A DNA stretch of 64,000 bases from contig NW_024704743.1 in assembly GCF_018977255.1 (NCBI RefSeq), positions 100,504,001-100,568,000 on the forward strand, given 5' to 3'. The notes beneath the pieces were generated by a model. That model did not search any database and was not told the DNA's origin. It saw only the letters and a program-made list of their open reading frames with translations. The position numbers were made by a program, and so were the translations under genes. The DNA comes from Callorhinchus milii. Lineage: Eukaryota. This document shows positions 13,025 through 25,822 of the stretch, in pieces. Within the stretch, counting starts at the first letter, position 1, and each line of letters starts with the position of its first letter.

Positions 13025-13355
13025 AAAGCAATAGCCAATTTGCACCCAGCAATGTCCCACAAACAGCCAATGACCAATTTTGTTTTGGAGGTTTGTTGGC
13101 TTAGGACACCGGGAGAAACTGCGTTCTCTTTTCAAGTAGTGCCATAGGATCTTTAACATCCACCTGAACAGGCAGATGGGTTCTCCATTTAACATCTCAT
13201 CCAAAGAACAGCACCACTGACAATGCAACAACCCCCAGCACTGCATTGAAGTGTCAGGTGAGACTGGATAAGTTCCAAGTCACAAATTAGGGCTTGAACC
13301 TATAACCTTCTGACTCAGAGGTGAGAGTACAACCAACTGAGTCAGGCTGACACAC
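13025..13355 (-). mobile_element. Deu-domain SINE (SacSINE1-like), near full length
   Basis: Minus strand has the head 'gtgtcagcctgactcagttgg...ctctgagtcagaaggtt..ggttcaagccc' and the Deu domain 'gatgagatgttaaa...catctgcctgttcaggtggatgttaaagatcctatggcacta'. Confidence 0.85.
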
Positions 13356-14124
13356 CAAAGTTGTAATTGTAGAGGGCATGGGTAGGAGAATAAGGCTTCA
13401 AGGAGATGGCAAAGGTAGGGAGGTTCAAGATCATATGAGCATGAAATAAAAGGAAGAATATTTCAGCAAAGAAATAAAACAAAATGTTCTTGCAGCAATC
13501 CAGAGTGGGAGGCAAGGTTCATTTTGAAAGTGTCAGAAGAGATTAAAGAAAGCATTTAAAAGTACTAATGTTTGAAACAATCACTTGTAATATCTACTTC
13601 TGAGATGAAATCCCAATCAAATCTGCCACTGTTCAAATAATAGATCATCTCCAGAAAGCCCAGCACTGCCAAGGATGGACAATAAATACTGGCCCTGCCA
13701 TTGTCATCACCATCCTGAGGTGAGGAAAGTAAAAATGCAATATAAAAAAGCCAGGAAAATCATTTGTTTCCATTTGGTAAGTGTCATAGTTCGGGCTGTC
13801 ACTGGCTGGTCTTGTCATGGATTAGTCTGACATGGGCCTGTCTGTCAATGGTTGATTTGTCAAGCATCAAAACAAACTTGCTGCTCTCCTATGTGAAAGG
13901 TTATAAGGGTGTGAAAGAAATGTGCAAAACATATTTCATCAATGAAAATGCAACATGCGATGAGATGATTATGATAAGTGATAATGACCACATCATATAT
14001 CTTTCACATTATATTTTTCACCTCATGTGTTTGCAGGAGAGTTTGTAAAAGAGATTGACAACACTGTCCATATCAGGTTTATAAACAAGATGGCTGCTAC
14101 TGACTGACTGATGACTGACTCACA

Positions 14125-14345
14125 AACAAATTATACAGCGCCCTTCACATAGGGTAATGTCTTGGAGCACTTTAAAAGAATTGGGCTGGAGACTGAGCAA
14201 GAGAGAAGGGGAGATGGACATAGGCATGCTCAATGAGGTAGGATTGGAGGTGAGACTTGAAGTAGAAAGAGAGGGGGCGAAATCCAATGGCAGAGGGAGG
14301 CAGTTCCAGAGGTTCAGGGCATAGCAACTGAAGGCTCAGCAACCA
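14125..14345 (-). mobile_element. Old L2 3' fragment
   Basis: FKSHLQSYLIEHAY-like C-terminus and degenerate tail. Confidence 0.6.
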
Positions 14346-14877
14346 AACAAATGGAGATTGGTTAGAAGAATGCTTAAATACCAACATCAGGAACTTGATA
14401 ACATTTGAAATGCACAGGGAGAGAGCTTTGATCTTACAGTAATAAAAATAACTTTATTTTCAAACCAGGTTAGAAGACTGACGTATAGCACGCATTGTTC
14501 AATCCATGCCCGTGGGTGGATGACCCACTAAAGGAGTCACAGCTGCAATTTGTGGAGTTGAAGCACTGAAGCAAGATTGTTCGGAGCTTCATAAGTGATT
14601 CAGGCTTGCATAAAGCGAGCATATGGAGCATACCAATAATTTCCAATTAGTTTTACGACAGAGAAGTCGCTTGGGCACAGATCTACGTCTTGCCTAAAGC
14701 TATTCTTATGTTGCGATCACTGTGGTTAAAAGGGGAAAAAGAATAAAGGCTAAAAAAAAATTGGAACATTCCTCACTCAGCCAGAAGCCATGTGTATACC
14801 TCAGGGAGAGGCATAGCTGAAGTATATAATTAACAGGAGATAGGCCTTCCATTGCGGGACAGGCAGACAGACTGACG

Positions 14878-15640
14878 TGTGTCAGTCTGGCTCAGTCGGT
14901 AGCGCTCTTGCCTCTGAGTCATGAAGTTCGTGGTTTCGAGCCCAATAGGCTGACACCAATAATAATAATAATAATCCTTGCATTTGATATAGTGCTTTTC
15001 ATGTCTACTAGACATCTCAAAGCGCTTCACTGAATGGACTGCAAAGTGAACTGACTGTATATTTGTGGGCGAATGCGGCAGCCAATTGCGCACAGCAATG
15101 TCCCACAAACAATCACGGATTAAAATGACCAATTTATTATTGTTTTTTTTCTTGAGGTACTATTATCAATCATGTGGAGTAAGGAAACTTGCCCAAGGTT
15201 TCACCCTGCCGGAAATCGAACCCAGGTCTCTCACTTGCAAAGCGAGTGCTCTAACCACTGAGCTACAGGACTCCACATTAGGATACAGTGCTGTGGGGGT
15301 ACTGCTTTGTTAGAGCTGCTGATTTTTGGATTAGATGTTAAATCAAGGGCTGTCTCCCTGTTCAGGTGCATTTTAGACATCCTGTGGCACATTCGAAAAA
15401 AAAATGTTTTTCGAATATGCCGCAGGAGTTTCTCCCAGTGTCCTGGCCAACCATTCCCCCAGCTAAAGTTGGGAATTCACTTCATCGTTGTTTGTTGGAT
15501 ATTGCTATGTGGAAATTGGTTGCTAGTTCACCTACAAAATACATAGTTACTACACCACAGTAACTCCCGTGAAGTTCTTTGAAGTGTTCTCCTGATGTGA
15601 AAGACTCCAAATCAAATGCACGTCTACTTATTATTATAAC
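14878..15640 (+). mobile_element. Deu-domain SINE interrupted by an antisense tRNA-Ala SINE
   Basis: Head at 14878-14956; Deu domain and tail resume at about 15283. Confidence 0.8.
14958..15276 (-). mobile_element. tRNA-Ala-headed SINE, short-type
   Basis: Ends in 'ctctaaccactgagctacaggactccac' (reverse complement of head); (TAA)n at the left end. Confidence 0.9.
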
Positions 15641-16189
15641 AAGGCACCAGTTGCTACTGGATGAATTACTGATCCTGAGATACCACATTGAAATACATAA
15701 CAATGGTCCACATCTGCATTGGACATAGAATGTAATATAAATAAATGAGAATTGTGCAGCTATAGTGCTGTCAAAATCAAATGAGGCTTAAAAATAAAAC
15801 TTACAAAAGGCTTTTACAATCACAATCTTGTCAATCTTCTGATACAACATGCATTCTGATACCATATTACCACAATACATGTTTTCATGTGATGCCATAC
15901 TCAAGATAAGCGGAAACATGTAAAACAAGTCAAACTTCCAAGTGGCTAAAGATTGAAAAGAATGCAGAGGCTTTAACTTTCTCCCCCTTCATCAAAAAGG
16001 TGAGGTGTGTATCAACTTAGCTTAGTTGATAGCACTATCACTCCTGAGAGGCTGTGGGTTTAAGTCCCAAGTCGGGACTTTGGTTCACACTCAAGCCCAG
16101 TGCTGGGCCTTGAGCTGCATTGTGGGAGGTGCCATCCTTCAGATATCTCAAAGTGCTTCATTGAATTTACGATAATGTGTAATGACTTG

Positions 16190-16575
16190 TTCAGGTCACT
16201 GTACAGGATGGAACCAGGAATGTGGGACTTCAGTTACGAGAAAAGGCTAGAGAAGCTAGAAGTATTCTCCTTGGAGCAGTGGAGCAGAGAAGGTTAAGAG
16301 GAGACTTAATAGAAGTTTTCAAAATTATGAGGGGATTTGATAGGGTAATACTATTTCCACTAGGGTGTGGGGTGGTAATCAGAGGACACCAATTTAAAAT
16401 AGTTTAAAAGAAACAGGGGAGGTGAAGAGAAATGTTTTCACACAGCGAGTTTTTCATATCTGGAATGCATTGCCTGAAAGGGCGGTGGAAAGAATCAGAT
16501 AATTATTTGGGGAGGACAAGTTTGCAGGGCTATGGGGAGAGAGTGAGGAAGTGGGATTGATTTGGATAGCTCTTG
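16190..16575 (+). mobile_element. CR1-clade LINE 3' fragment
   Basis: YEKRLEKLEVFSLEQ / RRLRGDLIEVFKIMRGFDRV / RGHQFK motifs, typical of the CR1 ORF2 C-terminus. Confidence 0.88.
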
Positions 16576-16729
16576 GATATGGCTTGAACCCAGAACCTTC
16601 TGACTCAAAGATGAAAAAAGAGGCAATAAAATGAGCAAAATTCAGGGGTGCATTACCTTTTATTTATATAACACCTTTCAAGTAGGATAATGTTTGCCAA
16701 CTTAATAATCTTAAAATAAAACAATGTCT

Positions 16730-16980
16730 TACTTCACCAAAGTCAGAAAGCATGTCTTCAGGGTTGTAACGATGTGGAATGTTCGTTCTCCAAAATTGGC
16801 AGAATCAATAGGAAAGTTTAAAAGAGAGATGGACAGTTACATGGGTAAAAGAGGTATTAAGAGGTATGATGAAAGGGCAGGCATTGGGATTAAACAGTCT
16901 GCCAAAATCTAATAAATTGGCAGAACAGACTCGAGGGATTCAGTGGCTTCCTCCTGTTCTTGTTTCCCTATGTTCCTCGT
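16730..16980 (+). mobile_element. Old CR1-clade 3' fragment
   Basis: VRKHVFRVVTMWN...GKFKREMDSYM and a CR1-like 3' UTR ending 'ttccctatgttcct'. Confidence 0.65.
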
Positions 16981-17427
16981 CTTCCTGAACATGCAAAGCC
17001 GGGTGGTGTATGCATGTGGAGAAAGTGGGGCGGGAATACCAGCCATAACTCCATGTGATACAGTGCAGCAAGTGTCAGTGCTCCTCTCTAAGCAATATAA
17101 AAAAGTATCAGACATCCAAACCATGAAACTAGCAACATTAGAGGAAGCTTTGCATTTGGGATCATGTTTCTCTGATCTGTGTTTAACTCACCAGTGCATT
17201 GGTCACAAACTATTCACAGAGCATGATAGAAAGCTGAAATGATGTATATTTTAGCAATCTTGTGTGACTGCTAGACATCGATTTAAATGTTAATGTCTTT
17301 CAGAATTTGGTAACTCGGGATTACCTACTTTTAGCATTCATTTACGTATGTCAGTTTTCATCAGAATATGTCAACATACAAAATGTTTGATTCTCTCCAC
17401 TCCTGTAGCATGAGAATGGCAATCACT

Positions 17428-17612
17428 CACCAGTAGAACAAGTGGGATTAGACACACAGTCACCAGTAAAACAGCTAAAATCAGAGACATCCTCATCAAT
17501 ACAACAGCTGGGATCAGACACACGCTAACCAGTAGAACATCTGGGATTAGAGACATATTCACCAGTAGAACAGCTGGGATTAGACACAAACCAGTAGAAC
17601 AACTGGGATCAA
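17428..17612. repeat. 33-bp minisatellite, about 5.5 diverged units
   Basis: Unit approximately CACCAGTAGAACAGCTGGGATTAGACACACAGT. Confidence 0.85.
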
Positions 17613-19892
17613 GAAACATTTGGTCTCCACAGATTAAAAAATTCACCACCTTTCCTATACAATACTCACTTGAGAGAGGATGTATATGTGCTGACCAAAG
17701 TCATTGGGCCTTCCTGATTGAGAGACTGGGGTCTAATTTGCAAGACTGTAAACAGTGGATCCTACAAACACCCAGCTGTGTCTCAGGCTGTGTCTCAGGC
17801 TGCCCTCCGGATCCCACTCAGACACTGATCTGCTGTGGGTATCAGGAGTCAGTCTGGCTTCATGGATGTCAAAACTAAAATTGTCATTTTGCTATTATTA
17901 TTGTTGTATCAAGCCACATTTATTTCCCTGGGGAATAGAGTGCTCTTTACAGACATGCTCAGAGTGATTGCTAATGTCAAACCAATTATTGACCACAGGT
18001 AAGTCTGCAATGGGGACATTGTACAGTCAGCTTTGATAATAAGAACTTAGAGGAGGGTCCGATCCGTACTAAGTGATGACTTACTTCTCCACATGATGCA
18101 CATCATCGATGTCCAGCTGCCTCGCACAAACTCAGATTCACAGTGCAGCTCCTACAAAAGACTTTAGCAGTGAAGCAAATACGCTTACTATTTTGATGAA
18201 CAGCGAAGTATTTCCATGCCAGTGAATTTAACCCAGCAAAGATGGAATCTGTAGCTGGCGCTGCACTGATGGACTGGGTTCAAGAGTGCAGGTAGGTGTG
18301 AAGGGAAACCAAGCTACAGTTATAAAGATTGATAGGAGGAAGACAATGGCTGCATCTAGTCCTTCTGCTCAAGAAATGTTCTGGTCACGGTGCATTGGTA
18401 ACATGCCTGTGGGATTAAATGCCACTAGGAGTAAAGGCTAAGAGCTCTATTGCTAAGGGATTCGTAGATTTTCTCAACTGGAAGAATTTAAACCACAGTG
18501 GATCTTACAATCATTTCACTTCAAATATGAATTCCACAATGGTGCATCAAACCAGGGTGGAACAAGAAACAAATCAAAACATTACAGGACCCGCCCCCTC
18601 CCTCATCCCAGAACTCAGCACCTCATATTCGTCTGTTTTCTAATTCTGGTGATAACATAGACAAACATAAATGATAGGGCAAAGGAGGGAGAACACCAAT
18701 AGATGAATTATGTCCGATTAATCTGCTGTCAGCATTACTGTTTCTCAGAAAGAGGAGTTAAAATCCTTAAAGGAGTAAAAAAGGAAAGATTCTTGTAGTG
18801 TTGTGCTATTGAGAAGCCACAGTGAGAAGTATCTAACTCCAACTCCTGGTGTTAGGCATCTTAAAGAAGAGGAAGTTTCTGAGGTTTCGCTATATGGTAA
18901 GAGAAATGAATGATACAGAGGAGTTCTGTGTCCAAGTATATGAGTGCAGCAGGCATAGAAAGAGGGATAAAACATAACACTCACAAGTGAGATTCTGCTT
19001 ACCTCCCCTCCAAGGAGGATAGTCACTAGTTGGTCATATGTTCTATGGTCTTGGGCATCCAAAAGTATTGTTCTGGATTTACTTTCTCATTTTATTTAAA
19101 ATCTTGTGTACTTATATAGACCCCCTCTGCGAGATTGCCTTTCAAGACTGAAGAGCTATAGCTTATTCAATCGTTGCTCACAGTTCATTCCTCTAACAAA
19201 AGGGATCATCCTTATGCTGGATATCGCATCTTTAAATCAATCCTTTTATTTGATGTAGCTCCTTATCACATCGTCGAGATGGCTTAAAGTACTTTGCAGG
19301 ATGTACTATAAAGTGGTGTCATTGTGCATTTTGTGGGCAAATGCCAATTTGCGTGCGGCAATTCATTTCTACTCTTTGAAAGATTATTTTAAATCATTGC
19401 ATTTGCATTAAACTTTACAGCTGTCAAAATTTACAAGTGAAATCTGACAGCCATGTTCGGAAAAGGGAATGATGTGCTACTTATTTATTTTACAATCTGG
19501 TATGTAAATGAAATCCAATTTACGTGCATGGAGAATGGTCCTATTTAAAATCCTGGATAGCTGCTTTCCCTCTGTGTGACTCAGACTCAAATATTAAAGT
19601 CATATTCTGTCTCATGACATGAGAAAAATCATTTATGCTAATGTTTAGTTTTCTTTTCTGAACAGAATTAGCAGTCACACTCTGTATCTTTCTGGAGATC
19701 TATGCACTGCTTAAGCTGACAAGCAAGTGAACCATTTAGTAGCAATGAATGGTGCGAGACAGACTGATAGGAAACAAGATCGGCAACAGCATCAGATCAG
19801 CTGCTTTGTAAATTTTTCATTCAACATTCAATGTTTCTTTTTTTTCCCTTTTCCCCCTTTCAATATTTTCCATTCTTCTCCTCAAAGAATTG

Positions 19893-19972
19893 ACCACAGG
19901 TGCCGGACTCCCTCCTATACATCACGTGTAATTTTTAAACATGTGAGTGCTGAGCAGCTGCTGAAACATGTG
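19893..19972. promoter_or_regulatory. Candidate enhancer: RUNX-like site plus five E-boxes
   Basis: ACCACA 19893, CAGGTG 19897, CACGTG 19923, CATGTG 19940, CAGCTG 19955, CATGTG 19967, all in unique sequence. Confidence 0.35.
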
Positions 19973-20129
19973 AGGCATCAAAGCTCAGACTTATCTGGCC
20001 TGACCCACCACCCACATTTAACCACCAGAGGTCTGGGGATAACAATCAGGAGCGGGAGCCTTGACTCATTGTTTCTCCCATTCTTAGAGGTGGAAATCCC
20101 TCCTGTAAAATCCGTACCATTAGCTGATT

Positions 20130-20272
20130 TAAAAACCAGCTTGATACTGTGATGGGAGAAGGCGGGGGAATGGTAGGGTGGGGAATGTGGAAAGATGAGA
20201 TCAGGCGGGCAAACAAGTGGACCTTCTTCAAGATGGGTCTTCTTCATCCAAACCAATATTGGGATCTTGTGA
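20130..20272 (+). mobile_element. LINE 3' UTR fragment (CR1-like family with ATCTTGTG tail)
   Basis: 'gggtcttcttcatccaaaccaat...atcttgtga' also occurs at about 50690-50757 (+) and 46972-47030 (-). Confidence 0.55.
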
Positions 20273-21145
20273 AATGAGCTAACTCAAGATAAAACCTAGC
20301 GTCATTCAGACATCACTGAGGTCTAAGACACACAGCTCCCTGGTGATTACTATTTCTAGTTCAGTCCCAGGATAATGTGTTTCACTAGAGCACAAATTTG
20401 TTTAAAGTGCAGTTGCACTGTGGACCCCATTGCAAGTTATTGACCTAAAGAAATGGGCTTTCTAGTTGGCAGTATAAACAAACAATGCTTTTTCTCTTAA
20501 CCCCAATGCTATTTTGACAAAAGAAGAATCAGGTCATGTATTTAAGTTATGAAATATTCAGCTTGCTGCAGGTGTTTTTATCTCTTACACTGCAGCTGTA
20601 GTGCTTTTACTGGGCGCACAGTCCTTTCGGATGGATGATAGCGAACAAAATGCTTATGTTTGTAATTTGTATCTCAAAAAGGATCTTCAGAACATTTCAT
20701 CGTGTTTTGTTTTGTTGTCATGTTTGTGTCAGAATAAAAGGTTGTTGAAATGTCACCCTGGTTGATATTGCCTTGGGATGATAATGCAGTCAGGATCAGA
20801 GACATTATCGCTAAACCTTGACCTAGCTGCTGATTGCGATATTTGCAAAGTGGAAGTTAACTTTGAATAAATCACAATTTCTAGCTTATAAGTACTGTTT
20901 CACTGGATTGGCAGAACGGCAAATTGCGAATGCCAAGGGGGCAAAGTCCAAATTGAGGTAAATCAGAAAAACGATAGTTGTTTGCTCACTGAGAACATCT
21001 TTCTCGGACTTTGCTGCTTGGGCTTGGAACTTGCCCCTTTGCAAATTTCCAGTAAATCTCCACAATATGATATTAACAAACTGAAAATATTCACAAACAA
21101 TGTAATACTGACTTTTGGTTTGCATATATTGCATTTCAGACCCCA

Positions 21146-21330
21146 CTAGGAACATAGGAATTGCCAGACAGAAAAAGACCACGGTCCATCTAGTTCCCCT
21201 TCTATTTGATATTCGCATACTACAATAATGGAGATGTTGATAGCAATTAATTCTCTATGGATTAGTCTATCAACACAGTGGAAAGCTTTAGGAACCTTAG
21301 ATCCAAAGTTGCCAATTCTTCCAAGCATAC
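21146..21330 (-). mobile_element. CR1-type 3' end (TTCCTATG tail)
   Basis: 'aggaacataggaattgccagacag...ccatctagttc', the reverse complement of a CR1-like terminus. Confidence 0.55.
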
Positions 21331-21856
21331 TATATCAAATGCAAGAATTACTACTATATATCATGTCTCAAATTATTCATATACTGTATCACACTAGCTA
21401 GCTGTACATATTGTATGAAAGAAGGAGAGATGTTGCTGCTAGTCTGCTATAAACCCATTGCTCAGAGTTAGATTCTTTAACAAACAGTCTAATTTCCCCT
21501 GATTGATACGATTGAACAGAGTAAACTACAGTTCCTTCAGGAAGGAATATTTCAGTCGCTTGACATACTTTTCAGTCTAATCTTCAATTGTGCTGTCAGG
21601 CATTTCCCAAGCATATATAAAACCACAATAAACAATTGCTTTTGCGAGGTTCATCCTTCAACGATAGCTTTTATTGCCTAAATCTGAAACCTACACATTT
21701 CCATTTTACCTCTGTCTGGATCACTTCATGGCTATTTGTGGGACATTGCTGTGACCAAATTGGCCGAGTTCACCTACAAATACAAGTCTCTAAACTTCAC
21801 AGTAAAATCCTGCTAAGCGCTTTGTGACATTTCAACAATATGATAAAGCACTATGT

Positions 21857-22643
21857 CCTCAGGCGCTGACAGCATCAGCATCCAAGGCTGCACTCTCCAC
21901 CTCTCATAGCCAGTCAAGAACCTCGGTGTTCTGTTCGACCCTGAGCTGTCCTTTCTTCCTCACATCCACGCCACAACTGGCACCGCCTTCCATCACCTCC
22001 GGAATGTCGACAGACTACGGCACTACCTCACCCCTCACGCTGCTGAAACTCTGGTCCACGCCTTTATCACCTCAAGCCTGGACTATGGGAACTCTCTCCT
22101 CATTCAGAACTCTGCAGCTCGTGTACTGTCCCGCACCAGGCTTCGGGACCACACCACTCCCACCCTCGCTCGCCTCCACTGGCTCCCCATCCCCCAGAGG
22201 ATCGAATTCAAGATCCTCATCCTCACCTACAAGGCCATTCACAGCCTTGCTTCCTCCTACCTCTCTGACCTACTATCCCCCTACTTATCTTCCCGTACCC
22301 TCCGTTCCTTTGGCTTCGGTCTACTCCCCATCACCCGTCCCAACCGCCCTACCATCGGTGGCCGGGCCTTCAGCCTCTCAGCCCCGAGGCTCTGGAACTC
22401 CATCCCCCAGTGCCTTCGCTGCCTCCTCCCTTTCCTCCTTCAAGGCCGGTCTCAAGACCTTTCTCTTTGACCGTGCCTTCAGCTCCCCTCTCGACTCTCT
22501 ACCCCTTCCTCGCTCCCTCCCTTCCCTCCCCTCACCGGGGACCATTTCCCCCCTGCTCGGGTCCCGACCCAACTGTTCAGCACCTTGGGACGTGCTCCCG
22601 ACATGAAAGGCGCTCTATAAATGAAATCTTGTTGTTGTTGTTG
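21857..22643 (+). mobile_element. Young L2 3' fragment, same subfamily as 40703-42767, inserted into a SINE tail
   Basis: Highly similar to 41883-42767, with a ~39-bp internal deletion near 22100 and a 2-bp frameshift near 22420; (TTG)5 tail. Confidence 0.95.
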
Positions 22644-22794
22644 CATGTGAAATACAAGGATTAATATTAAGAGTGTTAAAATATAGGGAAGCCTAGTTCA
22701 TTTAGTGAGATGCCCAGTATTGAAGAGGTCCATTAAAGGATAGTGGATCATTTGTAAATCATTACATTGTTTTGTAAGAAAGAAAAAATGAAAT

Positions 22795-23112
22795 TGCATT
22801 TTAATCACATCTTAAAGTGCTTCACAGGTCAAGTGAAGTGACGATGTTTGTGAGCAAACCTAGCAGTCATTCATACCAGCAGTCCCACAATAGTCATAGG
22901 GTGTATTAATATTTTATCTGGAGGATTATTGGTCAGGATATCAGGAGATACTCCCTTACCTTTTACCAAATCATGTTTTAACATCTTATCCAAAAAGCTG
23001 ACAAAATAGCAAGTTCCAGCACTGCATAGCTGCGTCAGCCTAGTCTCAACATGGAAACCTACAGCCTTCTGACCCAGAGATGAGAATGCCATTAGCTAAA
23101 CAAAGTTGACAC
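22795..23112 (-). mobile_element. Degenerate Deu-domain SINE
   Basis: Tail, 'ggtcaggatatcaggagatactccc' and head 'cagccttctgacccagagatgagaatgc'. Confidence 0.6.
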
Positions 23113-25457
23113 AAGCAGTAAATACAAATCTAGAAAGAAACATCAAAATTGAGCTAGGTACTCCAAAGGGCTGTTTCAATCCCACTCAGTATCGAGCCTT
23201 ACTTCAAATCTTATTGGCTATAAAACATTCGTCATTCACTTCGTGGCTGTTTGTGGGGCATTGTTGCATGCAAATTGGCTGGCAACTACAGCAAAAAGCG
23301 CAAAATTGAAAATAATTCATGAACGATAGGAGATACCCAAAAACAAATATGCCCATGTCATTCCAGATGCCAAACCTATCTGATGAGCTAAACATCATGT
23401 CTCTACATCAATCATTTATTGAGATCCTTCTTGAAGCGCAGACAGACATTGTCATTTTATTAGTATATACATATAAGATAGAAGAAGATTAATGAACTTA
23501 ATTAAAGAGATAAGTTGTATAATGCCAAGGTTTTCCAAGATTGGAAAGAGTAGGAGAGAAGTGTGAGATAATCCAAGAAGCGGTAAGAGATGCCAAGGTT
23601 GGCCTTTTAAGCCTGAAGGTGACAGGAGATATTATACCCCTTCATTTTTGTGAAAGACGCTTAAAAATTGAAGGTAAGGATAAATAACATCAGTGAAATT
23701 GTACAAACCAAACTATATGCAATATTAATATACAAATGAAGATAGAAACCACAGAATCCAGGATAAATAGCAACCATAAAAGATAATTCTGTTCTTTTCA
23801 TTAACTGTATTTCATCTGTCTGTCAAAGTTAGAGCTCATGTGGAACAGTTATGTGAAATATGAAGGAAAGATTATGTAAAACGGCTGGTGAGTATTAAAA
23901 GAGAGAATGACTAAGTATATGCTTTTTAATGTCAAGAACAGTTGAATAAAAGTGTAGCATTGAGGCAGAATAAAAAAAAGTTCAACAATAAATGCAACTG
24001 ACTAAGAGACAAAAGAGAAAAAGAGAAATTGGGACAATAAAGTTAACTTTTTAATCTTATTTAAAATGTGCATTTAAACATGTACATTATAGTTGAAAAT
24101 CAATATTACAACAATGAAGTTATTTTGTTGCTGTATTGTCTGCTGTGTTGCTGTTTCATAGATATTAATGTTTTCTCAGAACCAGTCAGCCTAAAAAAAA
24201 CAGGAATTTCTGTAAACCTGCCATCAGACTTAAATGAATAACATCAAAAATGCCTGGAGTAGCCATGTTATTGCACTGGATTTGGGAGCAAAACGTGCAA
24301 TATAACTGGGGACTCAGACAACTGGAGAAACTAGTTTATCCGCAGGGTATAAATGTGCCAGGTGCAATTTCCACTCAAATTGAACCCGTTGGCATGTTCA
24401 AAGCTCAGGCAATGTGTTTCATGTCCTAAGAACTTTTAAAAGACCACAGCTTAGTGTTTTTAAAGAATTGATCAGGTGACTAGCACTTTAATAACATTAT
24501 AAATGCTGACACCCTTTGGCCCGATTGACAACGGTATAGAAAATCAAATATAATTTAGGCTCACTGCTCTGCATCACTATCTTGCCAGGAGCACAGTAGT
24601 TTTAAAGTGCTGGAGCATGATTGTACAAGGGGAGCAGCAAGGTTAAAATTCAGAACCCTATGTGCATGAATGCATAAGATTAATTTTGTGGTGGATAAAT
24701 CATAGCAAAAACAGTGGATGAATTCTGCTGTTAACAGACTTCACCCTTTGCTCTCTGAAAAGCTAAGGAAGAACTTCTCCATGAAGGCACCGACCATAAA
24801 TGGTCATCAAAGTGGAGCCAGTAGCACACCATTCACAATGTTGCTGGATGATCCATTTGCTGTGAGCTATGCACAATTGGATGTATTCTCAAGCTTAGCT
24901 TTCTGATTCAGCTTCTATATCTTCACATCCCCATCAGGTGGGAAATTTCAACTCAACGCATATGCCTGCTTCATGCAACTCTTATGTAATAGTTCAGTCA
25001 TCTGAAAGAGTTTTTTTATCCTATCTCCTGTTTGTTTTTTTTTACCTGGTGGTGACCTCTGCTATCGGGGCTTAGCCTTAGGGTCCTTGTTGGTTAATGG
25101 GACATTTTCCACTTTCAGCACTCAAGGATGATTCTTCAAAAGTCGTTCTATGTAAATTTCAGGAGCATAAGATATTTTCATAAAAATCTTATTTTTATCT
25201 ACTTTCAGAGAAACCTCCTCTAATCCTAGTGTTAAGTACACCAACTTAAGAGTTGGAAAAGAAAAAGTGAAGATAAACTTTCTCCTCCTGATATAAAGTC
25301 TTCATGCTTTATGTTTGCTTATCATCAAATCTGTTATTTTGTGAAGAGCTACTTTTACAATACAATTTACACACTCCATTCACATCAGGAGGATCCCTCA
25401 AAGTGTTTGTTAATGCCAGGTGGCACTGAAGAAAGAAGACTGAAAGAGTTTTGAGAT

Positions 25458-25822
25458 GTGGAGTCCTGTAGCTTAGTGGTTAGAGCACGCACTTCACAAA
25501 CGAGAGGACCTGGGTTTGATTCCTGGTGGGGCGAACATATATTTCCTTACTCCACACGCCTCTGTTTACCCAGCAGTAAGTAGGAACCTATTTGTTAGTC
25601 AATTGGCGGATCGCTTTTCCAGGGATAATAATTCCTTAAAAAAATGAATAATTTGGTCATTCAATTCATGACTGTTTGTGGGACACTGCTGTGTGCAATT
25701 GGCTGTCACATTTTGCCCACAAAATACACAGTAAATTCAATTTACAGCGTATTCTGTGAGGCACTTTGATATGTCTCAAAGACACGATAAAGCGTCATAT
25801 CAAACTCAAGGATTATTATTAT
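25458..25822 (+). mobile_element. tRNA-Ala-headed SINE, long form
   Basis: Head, 'cacgcctctgtttacccagcagtaagtaggaacc', Deu-type 3' segment, (TTA)n. Confidence 0.9.

Noticed and set aside
17428..17612. CRISPR-like array
   Set aside because: Contiguous diverged tandem units with no unique spacers, in eukaryotic DNA with no cas genes.
23400..24060. Purine-rich stretch resembling decayed coding sequence
   Set aside because: No long ORF and no recognisable motif.
24331..24705. Possible old MITE with TTTATCCGC/GTGGATAAA ends
   Set aside because: The inverted repeat is too short and imperfect, and there is no TSD.
25424..25452. Second hammerhead-like CTGAAGA...GAAA
   Set aside because: Stem II has only 2 bp and there is no stem I complement.
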